Shown: piece after piece, positions 1-9,659 of the stretch
How the letters are laid out: every line of letters starts with the position of its first letter
Position numbering within the stretch: the stretch's first letter is position 1
Source of the DNA: a virus
IMG/VR virus record: IMGVR_UViG_3300035703_000058
Location: 11,418 to 75,417 of that record
DNA length: 64,000 nt
Strand: one strand, 5' to 3'
The notes under the pieces: generated by a model
What the model was told of the DNA's origin: nothing
The model's database searches: none
The model's input: only the letters and a program-made list of their open reading frames with translations
Position numbers and translations under genes: made by a program

Positions 1-433
1 GCATGGCCCGGGCAGCGCGCATCTCGCCTGCGATGGAGACGGCACCCCAGGTGTTGTCCGCCGCTTTGGTGACGCCGAGCCGAATCCACCACCGGGCGAC
101 GGTGGAGAACTTGCCGCGCGCCGGATCCCAGATCACCGCGGCGCGGAACAGGTGCTCCAGGGCGGCGCCGGCCACTTCGTCGGCGTCGCGCAGCCGTGCG
201 GCACGGATGTGCAGGTCGGCCATTCGGCTCGCCGCGATGCGCCACCGCAGCGCCTGGCCCTGCCGCCAGCGTGCCGCCAGCGCCGCCGGCTTCGGGGCGT
301 CATGGACTTCGCAGTACGAGGCCCAGCGGGTGCCGCCCGGGCGCGCCGTGATGGCCATGTCGAGCGCGGCGGCCACCTCGTTCTCGATGGCCAGCGCTTC
401 GGCGTGGAGTGCCTGGAGCTTGGAGGCTTTCAT
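1..433 (-). CDS. sigma70-family-like protein, runs off window edge (not in ORF track)
   Basis: Manual translation from ATG 433: MKASKLQALHAE...LEHLFRAAVIWDPARGKFSTVARWWIRLGV matches the sigma region 2 motif (A..FDP.RG.KFSTYA.WWIR); start overlaps stop of upstream gene. Confidence 0.7.
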   Translation of the reverse strand, partial: MKASKLQALHAEALAIENEVAAALDMAITARPGGTRWASYCEVHDAPKPAALAARWRQGQALRWRIAASRMADLHIRAARLRDADEVAGAALEHLFRAAVIWDPARGKFSTVARWWIRLGVTKAADNTWGAVSIAGEMRAARAM

Positions 434-1296
434 GCCGCGCCTCGGGCCGCGTAGGGGCTCGCGGGGCGCGGCTGGGCGCCCAGCATCGAGCGGAGGGCTT
501 CGAGCCCTTGGCGCTCGATGATGCGGGCGCGCTCGCGGGAGACGCCGTGCTCGGCGCCCACCTCCAGCAGCGTGCGCTCTTCGCCATCGTCGAGGCCGAA
601 GCGGCGCCGGATGATGGCGTGGTCGCGGGGCTGGCGGGCGGCCAACAGGTCGAGGGCGAGGTGCAGCTCTTCGGCCAGCTCGTTGTCGGCGGCGACCACG
701 TCGACGGCGGGGCTGTCGCCGGGCAGCAAGTCGCCGAAGTAGCCCTTGCCGTCCGGGGCGGGCGCCGAGAGCGACACCATTTTGAAGCCGCGGGCGGCGT
801 CCACGGTGATGCGGCTGACGGGGGTGCCGACCGTGCCGCGCAGGCGCAGATCGCGGCGCACATCCGAGAGGCGACCGGACGGCCTGACGACCGGGGCGCG
901 GTCGATGGCGCGCTGGACGCCCGCGCGCACCCAATACGAGGCGTGGGTGGCGAAGCTCGCACGCGACGGCGACCACGTAATCGCGGCGATGAACAAGGAC
1001 TCCAGCGCCGTCGAGGCGATGTCTTCGGCGGCTTCGCCCAAGCCGCGGGTCCTGCTACGGATCTGGTGCTGCTGGGTGAGCGCGAGCTGCCAGCGCAGCA
1101 CTTCGGCGCGCTGCCACAGCGCCCACGCCGCCGGGTGCGCGCGGACCACCTGCCGCGCGCGCATGTAGCCCGGGGCGCGGGTGGACTCGCGCGGGACGCT
1201 GCGCCGCCGCGGGCTGAGGTCGAGGTGCAGGTCGGCGATGACCCGCTGCTCCAGCTCCAGGGCGGCGAGGTGTAGCTGCAGGTGCTGGACATTCAC
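430..1296 (-). CDS. sigma70-family RNA polymerase sigma factor-like protein
   Basis: Region 2 (LFIAAITWSPSRASFATHASYWVR) and region 4 (IIRRRFGLDDGEERTLLEVGAEHGVSRERARIIERQGLEALR); GTG start overlaps upstream TGA. Confidence 0.85.
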   Translation of the reverse strand: MNVQHLQLHLAALELEQRVIADLHLDLSPRRRSVPRESTRAPGYMRARQVVRAHPAAWALWQRAEVLRWQLALTQQHQIRSRTRGLGEAAEDIASTALESLFIAAITWSPSRASFATHASYWVRAGVQRAIDRAPVVRPSGRLSDVRRDLRLRGTVGTPVSRITVDAARGFKMVSLSAPAPDGKGYFGDLLPGDSPAVDVVAADNELAEELHLALDLLAARQPRDHAIIRRRFGLDDGEERTLLEVGAEHGVSRERARIIERQGLEALRSMLGAQPRPASPYAARGAA

Positions 1297-1931
1297 GCGG
1301 CACCCCCGGACTTCTGCGCGGCGCGCTCGGCGTCCACGATCTGCGCCCACGTCTCGCGCGTGTAGGTGATGCGCTTGACCCCCTTGGTGGGGAGCGTCTG
1401 GAGGGACCCGTTGTCGCCCGGGTAGGCGGCGAGCCTCAGCTCGTCAGCGTTCATCCGGTAGACCCGCCACCAGACGGTGTTGATGCACAGCCGCCCCCGC
1501 GGGTGAACGCGGCGGAGCGGAGACATCACGATCTCGTTGGGGCGCAGATAGGCATCATCGGTGTGCAGGCGGTCGCAGTCGGGCACCAACTGGGTGCCGG
1601 GCCACGGCCAGCCCCGCACGTTCGCGGCGTGCTCCCAAGCGTCCGCCGCGCTGCCGTTGCCCGCCGAGAGCGCGCGGGCGTAGACGTCGATGCTCAGCGG
1701 CTCGAAGCTGCCGTTGGTGGCGTAGGCGCCGAGCCGCCTGATCTCGGCGAAGTCGCCGACATCGAAGCGCGCGCCGTGCTCGATCAACCTGCACAGCACA
1801 TAAGTGAGGGCGCGGTTGGCCTCGCCGCGGAGTGGTGCCCTGCCGTGCCCGGCGGGTCGTTTCTCGGTGAGGATTGCGGTGTGCAGGCTCATGAGGGCCG
1901 ACAGCGCCGCCGTGCGTTCGATGCGTTCCAT
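1293..1931 (-). CDS. hypothetical phage protein
   Basis: AAGGAG RBS before ATG 1931 (MERIERTAAL), coupled to downstream gene. Confidence 0.7.
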   Translation of the reverse strand: MERIERTAALSALMSLHTAILTEKRPAGHGRAPLRGEANRALTYVLCRLIEHGARFDVGDFAEIRRLGAYATNGSFEPLSIDVYARALSAGNGSAADAWEHAANVRGWPWPGTQLVPDCDRLHTDDAYLRPNEIVMSPLRRVHPRGRLCINTVWWRVYRMNADELRLAAYPGDNGSLQTLPTKGVKRITYTRETWAQIVDAERAAQKSGGAA

Positions 1932-1941
1932 GGGTGTCTCC

Positions 1942-3246
1942 TTAGAAGGGGATGTCGTCGGCGGGGTCGATGTTGTTGACGGGGGCGCCTCCCGCCTTGA
2001 CTGGCCGGGCAAAGCGGCCCGCGCCCCACTCGGAGCGCCGATAGCGGCCACCGTCTGCGGTGTGGATGTAGGCGGCTGTCACCTCGTCGATAGAGGTGCG
2101 AACCCAAACATCCTCGTCTGGGCCGGGCTCGCCCAGCGCGGGGCGCTCGACTGGCTCGCACGAGTAAAGGCACCCGAACACCGAGCCGTCGGCGGCGCGG
2201 AAGAGCCCGGTGGCGTCCTCCACGTAGCCGCTAAGGACGCCGCGGGACCGGCCGCCAGCCTGCTGGACCTGGAAGAGACGCAACGCTGGGGCGGCGGGCT
2301 GCTTGACCGCGGGGGGGCGAAGGTGGGTGTCCGCCACCGCGTCGTCGATGGCCATCTTCAACTCGCTGGGGCTGGTGACCCCGAAGGCGTTGGCCGCGTC
2401 GGTGGCGACGCCCATCCAGGCGGCGATGTCGCGGGCCTGCTTGGCGAGGTCGGCGGTGGGGTCGAGGTTCAGGACGGCGACCACCACCTGGAGCTTGTCG
2501 GCGCTCTGGGCGAGGGCGTCGCGGAGACCGTTGTTCTCCTTGACCAGCGCGGCGGACTTGGGGCGTTCAGGCCATGGTGGCAGCTCGGTGATGTGTATAG
2601 CATCCGGGTGGTTAGCCCGGTGCATCGCGATCGCTGCGGGGTCGTGATTCAACGCCAGGACGGGCTCCACGCCCAGCTCCAACTCACGGCGCTCGGCGTC
2701 GCTGATCTTGGTGGCAATCTCGGCCTCGCTCAGAGGCGCCTTGCCAGCCGGGGGTTTGGCGACGGCCACCGTGGCGTGCTTCTGGCCGCGCCGGTCCGGG
2801 CCGGCGATGGCCTCGTAAGCTCCGACGTTTCGGGCGGCGGTGCGGCATCCGTCACACACGCCGCGAACGTGCGGGGGGCCGGTGCAGCCGTCGTTGCGGC
2901 ACAGATCGGGGTGAAGGTCGGCGTTGGGGCGAAGCTTGAACACACGGGGCACAGGGGGCTCCTTCGCCGCCAGCGTGGACGCGGACGGCTCGATGGGGGT
3001 GGGTGTCGGTCGGGCGCCAACAACGGCGCTCAGGGGGCGGGTGTCGGGCGAGGTGGTGAGCCCCCGGGTGATGGGGCGGACGGTCGGCGCCTTGGCCCGG
3101 GCGTCGCGCTCGGCCAGGCGGCGGTTGCGCTCTTCGTGGCCGTGTCTGGCGCACAACCCGTAAGCCTCCCCAGCACCGGCGATCGGCAGACCGCAGCGGG
3201 GGCGGGCGCACAGGCCGTCGATGTCGGTCAGATCGAGGTCCATCAC
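1942..3246 (-). CDS. hypothetical protein with Cys-rich segments and SSB-like acidic C-terminus (DDIPF)
   Basis: 434-aa ORF with Cys/His clusters, ends NNIDPADDIPF. Confidence 0.65.
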   Translation of the reverse strand: MMDLDLTDIDGLCARPRCGLPIAGAGEAYGLCARHGHEERNRRLAERDARAKAPTVRPITRGLTTSPDTRPLSAVVGARPTPTPIEPSASTLAAKEPPVPRVFKLRPNADLHPDLCRNDGCTGPPHVRGVCDGCRTAARNVGAYEAIAGPDRRGQKHATVAVAKPPAGKAPLSEAEIATKISDAERRELELGVEPVLALNHDPAAIAMHRANHPDAIHITELPPWPERPKSAALVKENNGLRDALAQSADKLQVVVAVLNLDPTADLAKQARDIAAWMGVATDAANAFGVTSPSELKMAIDDAVADTHLRPPAVKQPAAPALRLFQVQQAGGRSRGVLSGYVEDATGLFRAADGSVFGCLYSCEPVERPALGEPGPDEDVWVRTSIDEVTAAYIHTADGGRYRRSEWGAGRFARPVKAGGAPVNNIDPADDIPF

Positions 3247-4058
3247 TCACCGCACAGGTGGGGCAGGCCCAGCGCGTTGAGAACTGCCAGGGTCCCGTCC
3301 TTGGCGATCGTCAGAGTGACGGGGGAACCGCTGCACCGTGGGCATCGCGCCGTGGGCTTGGGCCGCTCGGGCCACGCGGGGAGCGGGGTGCCGGTCACTT
3401 CGTGCCAGCCACAGGAGGGGCGCTCGCGATGGCCCGCCCGGTAGGCCCACGCGCAATAGTCGGCCTCTTGTGCCAGCGCACGGGCTTGCTGGCGCGCGAA
3501 GAAGGCGTCCAGCGGGAGCGTGGAGAGGCGGCTGTCTACGTCGGCGGCCACGCGGGGCAGGACCAGCGCGGTGGCCATCGTGTCCCCGGCGGCGCCGTGG
3601 GCGTCCAGGGTGCAGCCCATCTCGGCGGTGACGTCGGTGAGCTTGTTGTCCCCGTACTTGCCGTTGGGCCGGGCGCGGCGCAGAACGTGGGCGTCTACCC
3701 AGGGCCAAGGGATCAGGGCCGGGTCGTGGCCCGCCCGGGCCACCTCGTAGCGCAGGCGACCGTAGTCGAAGGGAGCATTGTAGGCGACGCAGACGCGGCC
3801 CTCGATGGCCGCCAGGAAGTCGCCGAGCACGTCGGCGAAGGCGGGCGCGTCGGCTACGTCGGCGTCGGTGATGCCGTGGACGTTGGTCGCGCCGGGCTCG
3901 ATGGGCACGCCGGGGTTGACTCGGACGCAGAAGGCCACCCGGGGCAGCTCGCGGTAGGCGGCGTGGACCACCGCCAACTCGACTACGCGGGCGTCGGGGC
4001 CTACGCCGGTCGTCTCGGTGTCGATGACGGCGATGGCGGCGTCTTGGAGGGTGGTCAT
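3243..4058 (-). CDS. DEDDh 3'-5' exonuclease (DNA pol III epsilon-like)
   Basis: VIDTETTG, VHGITD, AYNAPFD, AHGAAGD motifs. Confidence 0.92.
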   Translation of the reverse strand: MTTLQDAAIAVIDTETTGVGPDARVVELAVVHAAYRELPRVAFCVRVNPGVPIEPGATNVHGITDADVADAPAFADVLGDFLAAIEGRVCVAYNAPFDYGRLRYEVARAGHDPALIPWPWVDAHVLRRARPNGKYGDNKLTDVTAEMGCTLDAHGAAGDTMATALVLPRVAADVDSRLSTLPLDAFFARQQARALAQEADYCAWAYRAGHRERPSCGWHEVTGTPLPAWPERPKPTARCPRCSGSPVTLTIAKDGTLAVLNALGLPHLCGE

Positions 4059-4378
4059 GAGGAGGCGTCCAGCGGCAGCGCCCGCAGACGGTCACGCTCC
4101 GCCACCACGGCGCGCGCCGCTTCGAGCAGGTCGTAGTCGCCAGCCGTCGAGACGCCGAGAATGCGGCACAGCTCGATGCTCTCGTCGAGTAGGTCCCTGG
4201 CTTCGTCGTCCGCGGCGGGCGGCGACTCGGCCGGCACAACCAGCCGGGTCCAGGTGGTCACGTCGGTGTGCCCGTCGGGGCGGGCGATCAGGATGCGTCC
4301 ATCGGGCGCGGTGCCGTAGACGAATACCCACGAACCGTCCAGCATGGCGAGAATCGGCGTAGAAAGAAGGCTACTCAT
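4055..4378 (-). CDS. hypothetical phage protein
   Basis: 107-aa ORF overlapping the start of the exonuclease gene. Confidence 0.6.
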   Translation of the reverse strand: MSSLLSTPILAMLDGSWVFVYGTAPDGRILIARPDGHTDVTTWTRLVVPAESPPAADDEARDLLDESIELCRILGVSTAGDYDLLEAARAVVAERDRLRALPLDASS

Positions 4379-4391
4379 CGGACAAGGCTCC

Positions 4392-5741
4392 TCAAAACAG
4401 GTGGTCGGCGAGGTCTGGCGTGATCACCAGAGGCTCGGGTTGGGCGTCGGGCTCCGGCGCCGTCCAGGGCGTCACGGGGCCGTCCGGGGGGTCGTCGCCG
4501 GGGTGGGTCAGCACCAGCGGCGACGGGCCATCGGGGGCGGCGGAGGCGGCGGATGGCTCGTGAAAGCCCCAGCGGGCCGTGGGCTTCCGCACGGTGAGTT
4601 CGGCGATCAGGGCGTCGCGCTCATCGTCGCGATCGGGTCCGGGCAGCGCCAACACCACGCCCGCCTTCAAGCCCGTCATGCTGCCCAAGGCGCGCAGCAG
4701 GGTGCGCTGGGCTCCAGCCGGCGCGGCCCCGGTCACCAACTCCCACAGGCGGAACATCGCCTCGTGGTGTGGCTCCGCCCGCGTCGCCTGCTGCCAGCCA
4801 AGCAGGCGACCACTCACCTCCAGCGGCTCGTCATCGGTCAGCTCGCGCAGCGCCAGCTCAAGCTGGTCGGCGTGGGCGCGGTAGGTGGCGTAGCGGCGGG
4901 CGGTGTCGGCCGCGTTCTTCGCCGCGGGGTCGGCCACCTCGCAGACCCGGCGGTAAAGACAGCCCATGCAGGCGGGGCCGGGGTTCGCCGGGCGCGGCGC
5001 CTTCATCCGCTTCATCGCCCGCGCCAGCGCGCCGATCTCCGCGCGCCAGAGGTCGAGGTCCTGGAGGGCGTAGCCGTTGAGGTCGTCGGTCGACTCGAAG
5101 GTGGCGCCGCTGCGCAGGTTGACGACTTCGCGGCGAACCCAGTCCACCACCTCCGCGTCGGGGAAGAGGGTGGGCAGGTGGGCCAACAACAGCAGGACGT
5201 AGCCCCGCATCTGGAGCGTGTCGGGTGCGTCGGGGCCGGTGGTCCAGGCGGACTTGTAGTCGCGCACGTAGGCGACGACGTGTCCGCCTTCCTCCTCGTA
5301 GACACCGCAGACGTCCAGGATGCCCCGGTAGAGCGCCTTGGGGTCGCGGTAGTCGCACGGCTCCCAGTCGCCGTCTACGGCCAGGCCGATCTCGGCGCGT
5401 GCCCCTTCGGGGAGCGTGTAGTCGGTCATCGAGAGGTAGCGCAACGCCACCTCGACACCGACCTTGGCGCGCTCCAGGGGCAGCGGGGGCTGGGGGCGGC
5501 CGTTGTGGGTGCGGCCCTCCAGGGCCAACTTCGCCAGCACGCTCGCGGCGATGCGCTCGGCGATCTGCTGCCGCATCCCGTGGCCGGCGTTGATCTCGCG
5601 GTGTACGGCGTCGAGCACCGCATGGGCGGCGACCCCGGCGGCGAAGACGTGGTCATCGCCGGAGACGCCGTGCTCCATGAAGTCGAGTGCGTGGGCGCAC
5701 CCACGGGCAAGGGTGCGCAGGCTGGTGGAGCTGGGGATCAT
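4392..5741 (-). CDS. PD-(D/E)XK nuclease, Cas4/AddB/RecB-like with Fe-S cysteines
   Basis: E...RGILD...RDYKS...QMRGY motifs plus N-terminal Cys and PGPACMGCLYRRVC; start refined to ATG 5741. Confidence 0.85.
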   Translation of the reverse strand: MIPSSTSLRTLARGCAHALDFMEHGVSGDDHVFAAGVAAHAVLDAVHREINAGHGMRQQIAERIAASVLAKLALEGRTHNGRPQPPLPLERAKVGVEVALRYLSMTDYTLPEGARAEIGLAVDGDWEPCDYRDPKALYRGILDVCGVYEEEGGHVVAYVRDYKSAWTTGPDAPDTLQMRGYVLLLLAHLPTLFPDAEVVDWVRREVVNLRSGATFESTDDLNGYALQDLDLWRAEIGALARAMKRMKAPRPANPGPACMGCLYRRVCEVADPAAKNAADTARRYATYRAHADQLELALRELTDDEPLEVSGRLLGWQQATRAEPHHEAMFRLWELVTGAAPAGAQRTLLRALGSMTGLKAGVVLALPGPDRDDERDALIAELTVRKPTARWGFHEPSAASAAPDGPSPLVLTHPGDDPPDGPVTPWTAPEPDAQPEPLVITPDLADHLF

Positions 5742-6733
5742 GGGGCGGGGCGCTCCACGGGCATGTCTTCGTAGTCGGCCTCGACCACTTCGCGCGCGCC
5801 CGGCAGGGCGAGCAGAGGACGGCCCTCGCTGGACAGCAGGGGGCGCGCTTCGGCGAGCTGCTGGGCCCGCCAGACCAGAAAGGACTGGAGCGTCTGGCCG
5901 TCGGGAAGGTCCTGGTGTATCTCGGGCACCCACACCTCCGTCTTGCGGGCCGGGAAGGTGCGGCGCACAAGTCCGATCCGAATGGGCAGCCCGTAGACGT
6001 TGGGCTCTCCTTCGCCGCCGAGCTGGCGCCACTGCTCGCAGATCGCAGCGTAGAAACCCCACCACTGCATCGTGGCGACGCTCACGGGGCCGGACACCTC
6101 GATCATCGCGGGCAAGGCCGGGAAGGGCGTCGCGGCGGGCCAGCGAAGCTGGAACAGAAGCGTCGTCTTGCGCGCACACAGGGTCACCGGGCGACCCTGT
6201 ATAGTGACTTCCTGCCGGAACTCGCAGCGGTCACCAGCGCAGACGATCTCCTCAAACGTCGCCGTCTTCGGATTCCACCGTTGGGCGACGTGGCCATCGC
6301 CGGTGCAGGCGGGGCGGCGTAACGGGTTCGCGCTTTGCCCGGGAAGCTGGTGGGCCGCAAAGCGCGTGAACGCGCAACCGCCCTCGGTGCGGGCCGGGGC
6401 GTGAAACTCCCCGTGGATCAGCGTGCCCCGCAGCTCGCGGCGCTTCTGGTTGTGGGCGGCCTGCAAAAGGGCCGCCTCCTGTTCGTCCAGGCTCTCCCCG
6501 CGCTCGCGAACGCGCACCAGCTCGGGGGGGAGCAGGGCGTTAAAGGCCACGTAGGCCGGGTGGGGTACGGACCGCGCCTCCATGCCGCTCCCGTTGGCGC
6601 GGTACTCGGCCAGGTGAAAGCGGTCCTTGTGGGTCACGCCGTAGCCCTTCGTGGCCTTCAACCCCATCCGAACGCGAACGGCGGGGTGTTGGTCGGGACG
6701 AATGCCAAGAGCGTGTAGATCGTGGCGCATCAT
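5738..6733 (-). CDS. Gp3-like recombination (directionality factor/annealing-type) protein
   Basis: RMGLK...DRF...CTGDGHVA...C...C...C...LLFQL pattern; adjacent to the exonuclease. Confidence 0.6.
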   Translation of the reverse strand: MMRHDLHALGIRPDQHPAVRVRMGLKATKGYGVTHKDRFHLAEYRANGSGMEARSVPHPAYVAFNALLPPELVRVRERGESLDEQEAALLQAAHNQKRRELRGTLIHGEFHAPARTEGGCAFTRFAAHQLPGQSANPLRRPACTGDGHVAQRWNPKTATFEEIVCAGDRCEFRQEVTIQGRPVTLCARKTTLLFQLRWPAATPFPALPAMIEVSGPVSVATMQWWGFYAAICEQWRQLGGEGEPNVYGLPIRIGLVRRTFPARKTEVWVPEIHQDLPDGQTLQSFLVWRAQQLAEARPLLSSEGRPLLALPGAREVVEADYEDMPVERPAP

Positions 6734-6921
6734 GCCTCCGCGGTCGCCTTGACGACCGAGATACGGGTGTCCTGAAGCGCATCGGCCAACAGCGGCCCGA
6801 CGCGCGTGCCCTCTACAAGCCAGAAACCCGGCGCGACCTGCTCGGCGTCGCAGTCGTGCAGGCGCACAAGGCGCAGCAGCCAGCGAAGGGCACGCAGGGA
6901 AACCGGAGCGTAGAGGAGCAT
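6730..6921 (-). CDS. small hypothetical protein
   Basis: 63-aa ORF coupled to downstream gene. Confidence 0.5.
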   Translation of the reverse strand: MLLYAPVSLRALRWLLRLVRLHDCDAEQVAPGFWLVEGTRVGPLLADALQDTRISVVKATAEA

Positions 6922-6959
6922 GTGACCATCCTATCCGGAGAGGGTGTCAGAACCTGACC

Positions 6960-7035
6960 GGCACCATCATCCAATACGCGACGATGATGCAGGCAAAAAC
7001 AAAAAAAGCAACAATAATCTCAACACACACGGCGC
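6960..7035 (-). promoter_or_regulatory. AT-rich intergenic region, probable leftward promoter/regulatory site
   Basis: A-tracts and a CATCATC...GATGATG inverted repeat in a GC-rich background, upstream of the recombination operon. Confidence 0.4.
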
Positions 7036-7037
7036 AA

Positions 7038-7676
7038 TCAACGGGCATGGCGCCCCCCTTCCTGGCGGCGAACCGGGATCGGCTCATGACCATAGCGTTG
7101 AGCATCGGTGAGATCGTGCGAGGTCAGGCCGTCGATGGCCTCACCTCTCAGAGCGATGTCGATCTCGCGCGGGTCCAGCGCTGGGCAGCGCCAGCCGCGC
7201 TGCAGGTAGCTTTGCAGGCGCCGGGGGTCCGTCTGCCGAAGGAGCACGATGCGATGGGCTTCGGCGTCTTCGATGGCGCCTTCCAGGGCGAACGCCCGGA
7301 TGCCATCCGACACCAGGCCACAGGCGCGGATGTCGTTCTTGGCGAGCACCCGCTGGGGTGTGCCGCCAGGCAACAACACCAGATCGTAGGCTGGTCCTGT
7401 GTCGCTGCCAAGCACCGCGGTCCCTGAGCGGGGGTTGTGACGCAGCAGCTGCAGACCCGCGTGCAACAGCGCGGCGTGGGCGCCTGCGAGCTCCTCTTCG
7501 CGGAAGAAGAAGAGGTCCACGTCCTTGCCGGGAAGCTCCCCGGACTCGGCGCGGGTGAGCAGGCCACCGCCCAGCACAGGGCCGGCGTCCAGGGAGAGGC
7601 GGATGCCGAACTCGGCGAGGCGCCGGGCGTGGTCGGCAACGTGCCGCGGCGGGACATACTCAAGCGTGAACGTCAT
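7038..7676 (-). CDS. nucleotidyltransferase (Pol-beta superfamily, CCA/poly(A) polymerase head-like)
   Basis: LGGG...KDVDLFF catalytic motif, ND.RAC, C-terminal RRLQSYLQRGW. Confidence 0.7.
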   Translation of the reverse strand: MTFTLEYVPPRHVADHARRLAEFGIRLSLDAGPVLGGGLLTRAESGELPGKDVDLFFFREEELAGAHAALLHAGLQLLRHNPRSGTAVLGSDTGPAYDLVLLPGGTPQRVLAKNDIRACGLVSDGIRAFALEGAIEDAEAHRIVLLRQTDPRRLQSYLQRGWRCPALDPREIDIALRGEAIDGLTSHDLTDAQRYGHEPIPVRRQEGGRHAR

Positions 7677-8077
7677 ACGCTGGCCCTTCGCACGCGGCGC
7701 ACCGCGTATTCGCCCGTCGGGTCGATGCCCATGGCGAGAGCGACGACCGCGGCGAGCTGGTCGGCGCCGCGCTCGACAAGCGCCACGGCCTGCCCAACGT
7801 CCCGGGCGTCACCTCCAATCAGGGCGAACCCGGCACAGATCAACTCGCGGTCAGCGGGCGGCGCTGGCGCTGGCCGCATGACCGCCTGAACACGGCCAAC
7901 GGCGTCCGCGATGACGGGCAGATCGGCGGCGATCTTGGCGTCCTGCATCGCGGCGTCCAGGCAGCCCGCGATCTCTTCGATCGTGTCGAAGGGCCGGATC
8001 GAGTAAAAGCCGATCAGGTGCTCGGCGCCCTGTAGAAGCGCAAGCAGGGTGGCGCCGTCGGGCACAAGGTCGTCCAT
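7673..8077 (-). CDS. hypothetical protein
   Basis: GGAGG RBS before ATG 8077 (MDDLVPDG). Confidence 0.6.
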   Translation of the reverse strand: MDDLVPDGATLLALLQGAEHLIGFYSIRPFDTIEEIAGCLDAAMQDAKIAADLPVIADAVGRVQAVMRPAPAPPADRELICAGFALIGGDARDVGQAVALVERGADQLAAVVALAMGIDPTGEYAVRRVRRASV

Positions 8078-8139
8078 CGCATCCTCCGAGTCAGCGCCGC
8101 CGGCTATCTGGCCGGACCGGCGGCGCCTGTTCTCGCTGC

Positions 8140-8595
8140 CTACTCTGGCTGCCGAGTGTCCGACCCGGCGCGGTCTTGCCCACTTTGGGCGAGGCGGGCG
8201 AGCGCGTTGGTGTGCGCGCGCCAGCATTCGACGGCGTGCTCCAACGTCGGGTGTCCGAGACACGGATCCGCCTGACGGGTGCGACGCCAACACTGCACCT
8301 CCAACATCCCGCTGCCCGCTGGATTGATGGTAATGCGGCACGAACGATCATGCGCCGCAAAGACCAGCCGGCTCAGCTCGTCACGATCGGTGGTGGAAAG
8401 ACCGTCACGAACGGACATCCGGGCGCCATTGCCCCACGAGCGCAGGCAGCGCCAATTCCTGCTGATGTTCCATGGGCCGGTGGACAGGCCGGCGCACAGA
8501 ATGGTCACCAGCTCCTGTTCGACGGCGTCGAGGGGGCGTCTCAACGTGCCGCTGACCCATTCGCAGGCGCCGGTGTTGAGGGGCAGCTCAGACAT
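8140..8595 (-). CDS. hypothetical phage protein
   Basis: GAGGAGG RBS; LSTTDRDELSRLVFAAHDRSCRITI resembles small phage proteins. Confidence 0.65.
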   Translation of the reverse strand: MSELPLNTGACEWVSGTLRRPLDAVEQELVTILCAGLSTGPWNISRNWRCLRSWGNGARMSVRDGLSTTDRDELSRLVFAAHDRSCRITINPAGSGMLEVQCWRRTRQADPCLGHPTLEHAVECWRAHTNALARLAQSGQDRAGSDTRQPE

Positions 8596-8806
8596 GGGTC
8601 ACCTCCTCATAAAGTCGAGCACCACCCACGCACCTGGACGCGACAATCTGCACCCAGCCACGCCACAGCCGGGCGACCATGCGGTGGCCGTCGCGGGCAG
8701 CGGTGACGGGCTCGCCCTCGCCGCGCTCGAAGGCTTCGGCGGCGTCAAGAATCGTTGGGGGTGCCGGCTCGATCCGGTGGGTGAAGGCGTCCTCGTTCAT
8801 GACCAC
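8588..8806 (-). CDS. small hypothetical protein
   Basis: Coupled ORF with RBS. Confidence 0.5.
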   Translation of the reverse strand: MVMNEDAFTHRIEPAPPTILDAAEAFERGEGEPVTAARDGHRMVARLWRGWVQIVASRCVGGARLYEEVTHV

Positions 8807-9048
8807 CTCCCTGGCATGCCGAGTCGGCGCTCCAACAGGTCGATGTACGCGGCGAGATTGCCGTCTGCGTTCCGTACCGGATCACGATGGGCGAGATCCC
8901 GGTGGGCGGCTGGGTCCTGGCGCATGGCGAGAATGAACGGGGCGCGCTCCCGGGGTGTGGCCTTGCCCCAACACTCGGCGCAAAGCGCGCCGCCGGGCAT
9001 GGGCTTTGGGCTCGTCGGCAGCGGTCGATGGCAGCGAGGGCAGGTCAA
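8797..9048 (-). CDS. small zinc-finger protein
   Basis: TTG start overlaps upstream stop; CPRC...CAEC. Confidence 0.55.
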   Translation of the reverse strand: MTCPRCHRPLPTSPKPMPGGALCAECWGKATPRERAPFILAMRQDPAAHRDLAHRDPVRNADGNLAAYIDLLERRLGMPGRWS

Positions 9049-9539
9049 AGGGCCTCCCCGATGCCGCCGACGGGGGCGGACTGCGGTTTGCGCAGAAACA
9101 GCAGGGTGCCGTCGGGGTTGAGCCCCAGCTCGGAGCAGACCGTGGCCCGCTCGGGGCCATACTCGATGAGGAGGCCCCGCTGGGTGCGGCCCAGCAGGAG
9201 TGCGGCGAGCTTGCCGGCCAGCAGGAGCACGGGAACCGGCATCGGCAGGGCGGCGGGAACAAACGTGCGCAGGGCGGCGTCTACCGCATCGGCGGCGGGA
9301 CCATCCCACACCCGCCGGGCGAGGCCCAGCGCGGCCCCGAAATGCTCGGCGGCGGCTTCGAGGGCGGCGCGGTCGGTGATGGCGTCGCCGGTCATGACCA
9401 CTTCGGCAAGCGCGCGCTCGAAGCGCAGCACCAGCGGCTCGGTGTCCTGCATCCCCGCCGGCAGCGGGGCGAAGGTGCCGAGCTGGGCGCGGCTGTCAGC
9501 GAGGCGGACGTGGAAGTCGTTGAGCAGGTCGTTGAGCAT
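9045..9539 (-). CDS. hypothetical protein, first gene of leftward operon
   Basis: GGAG RBS, ATG 9539 just downstream of the PL-like promoter. Confidence 0.65.
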   Translation of the reverse strand: MLNDLLNDFHVRLADSRAQLGTFAPLPAGMQDTEPLVLRFERALAEVVMTGDAITDRAALEAAAEHFGAALGLARRVWDGPAADAVDAALRTFVPAALPMPVPVLLLAGKLAALLLGRTQRGLLIEYGPERATVCSELGLNPDGTLLFLRKPQSAPVGGIGEAL

Positions 9540-9563
9540 CGCTGTCTCCGAGGTGGTGAAGAC

Positions 9564-9592
9564 AGTGTATGTGCTCCTCACATATGTTGCAA
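9564..9592 (-). promoter_or_regulatory. sigma70 promoter (PL-like) TTGCAA-17-TACACT overlapped by two operators
   Basis: Minus-strand hexamers at 9592-9587 and 9569-9564; operators ATGTGCTCCTCACAT (9569-9583) and ATGTTGCAAGCACAT (9584-9598). Confidence 0.75.
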
Positions 9593-9659
9593 GCACATTA
9601 TGTAAACTTTCATCGGCGGTTTGCAAAAGCGATATATGAACGCTCGCAACGGAGGTCGA

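Noticed and set aside
4392-5741. Cas4 as adaptation module for the type IV genes
   Set aside because: No cas1/cas2; it lies in a typical phage recombination operon far from csf.
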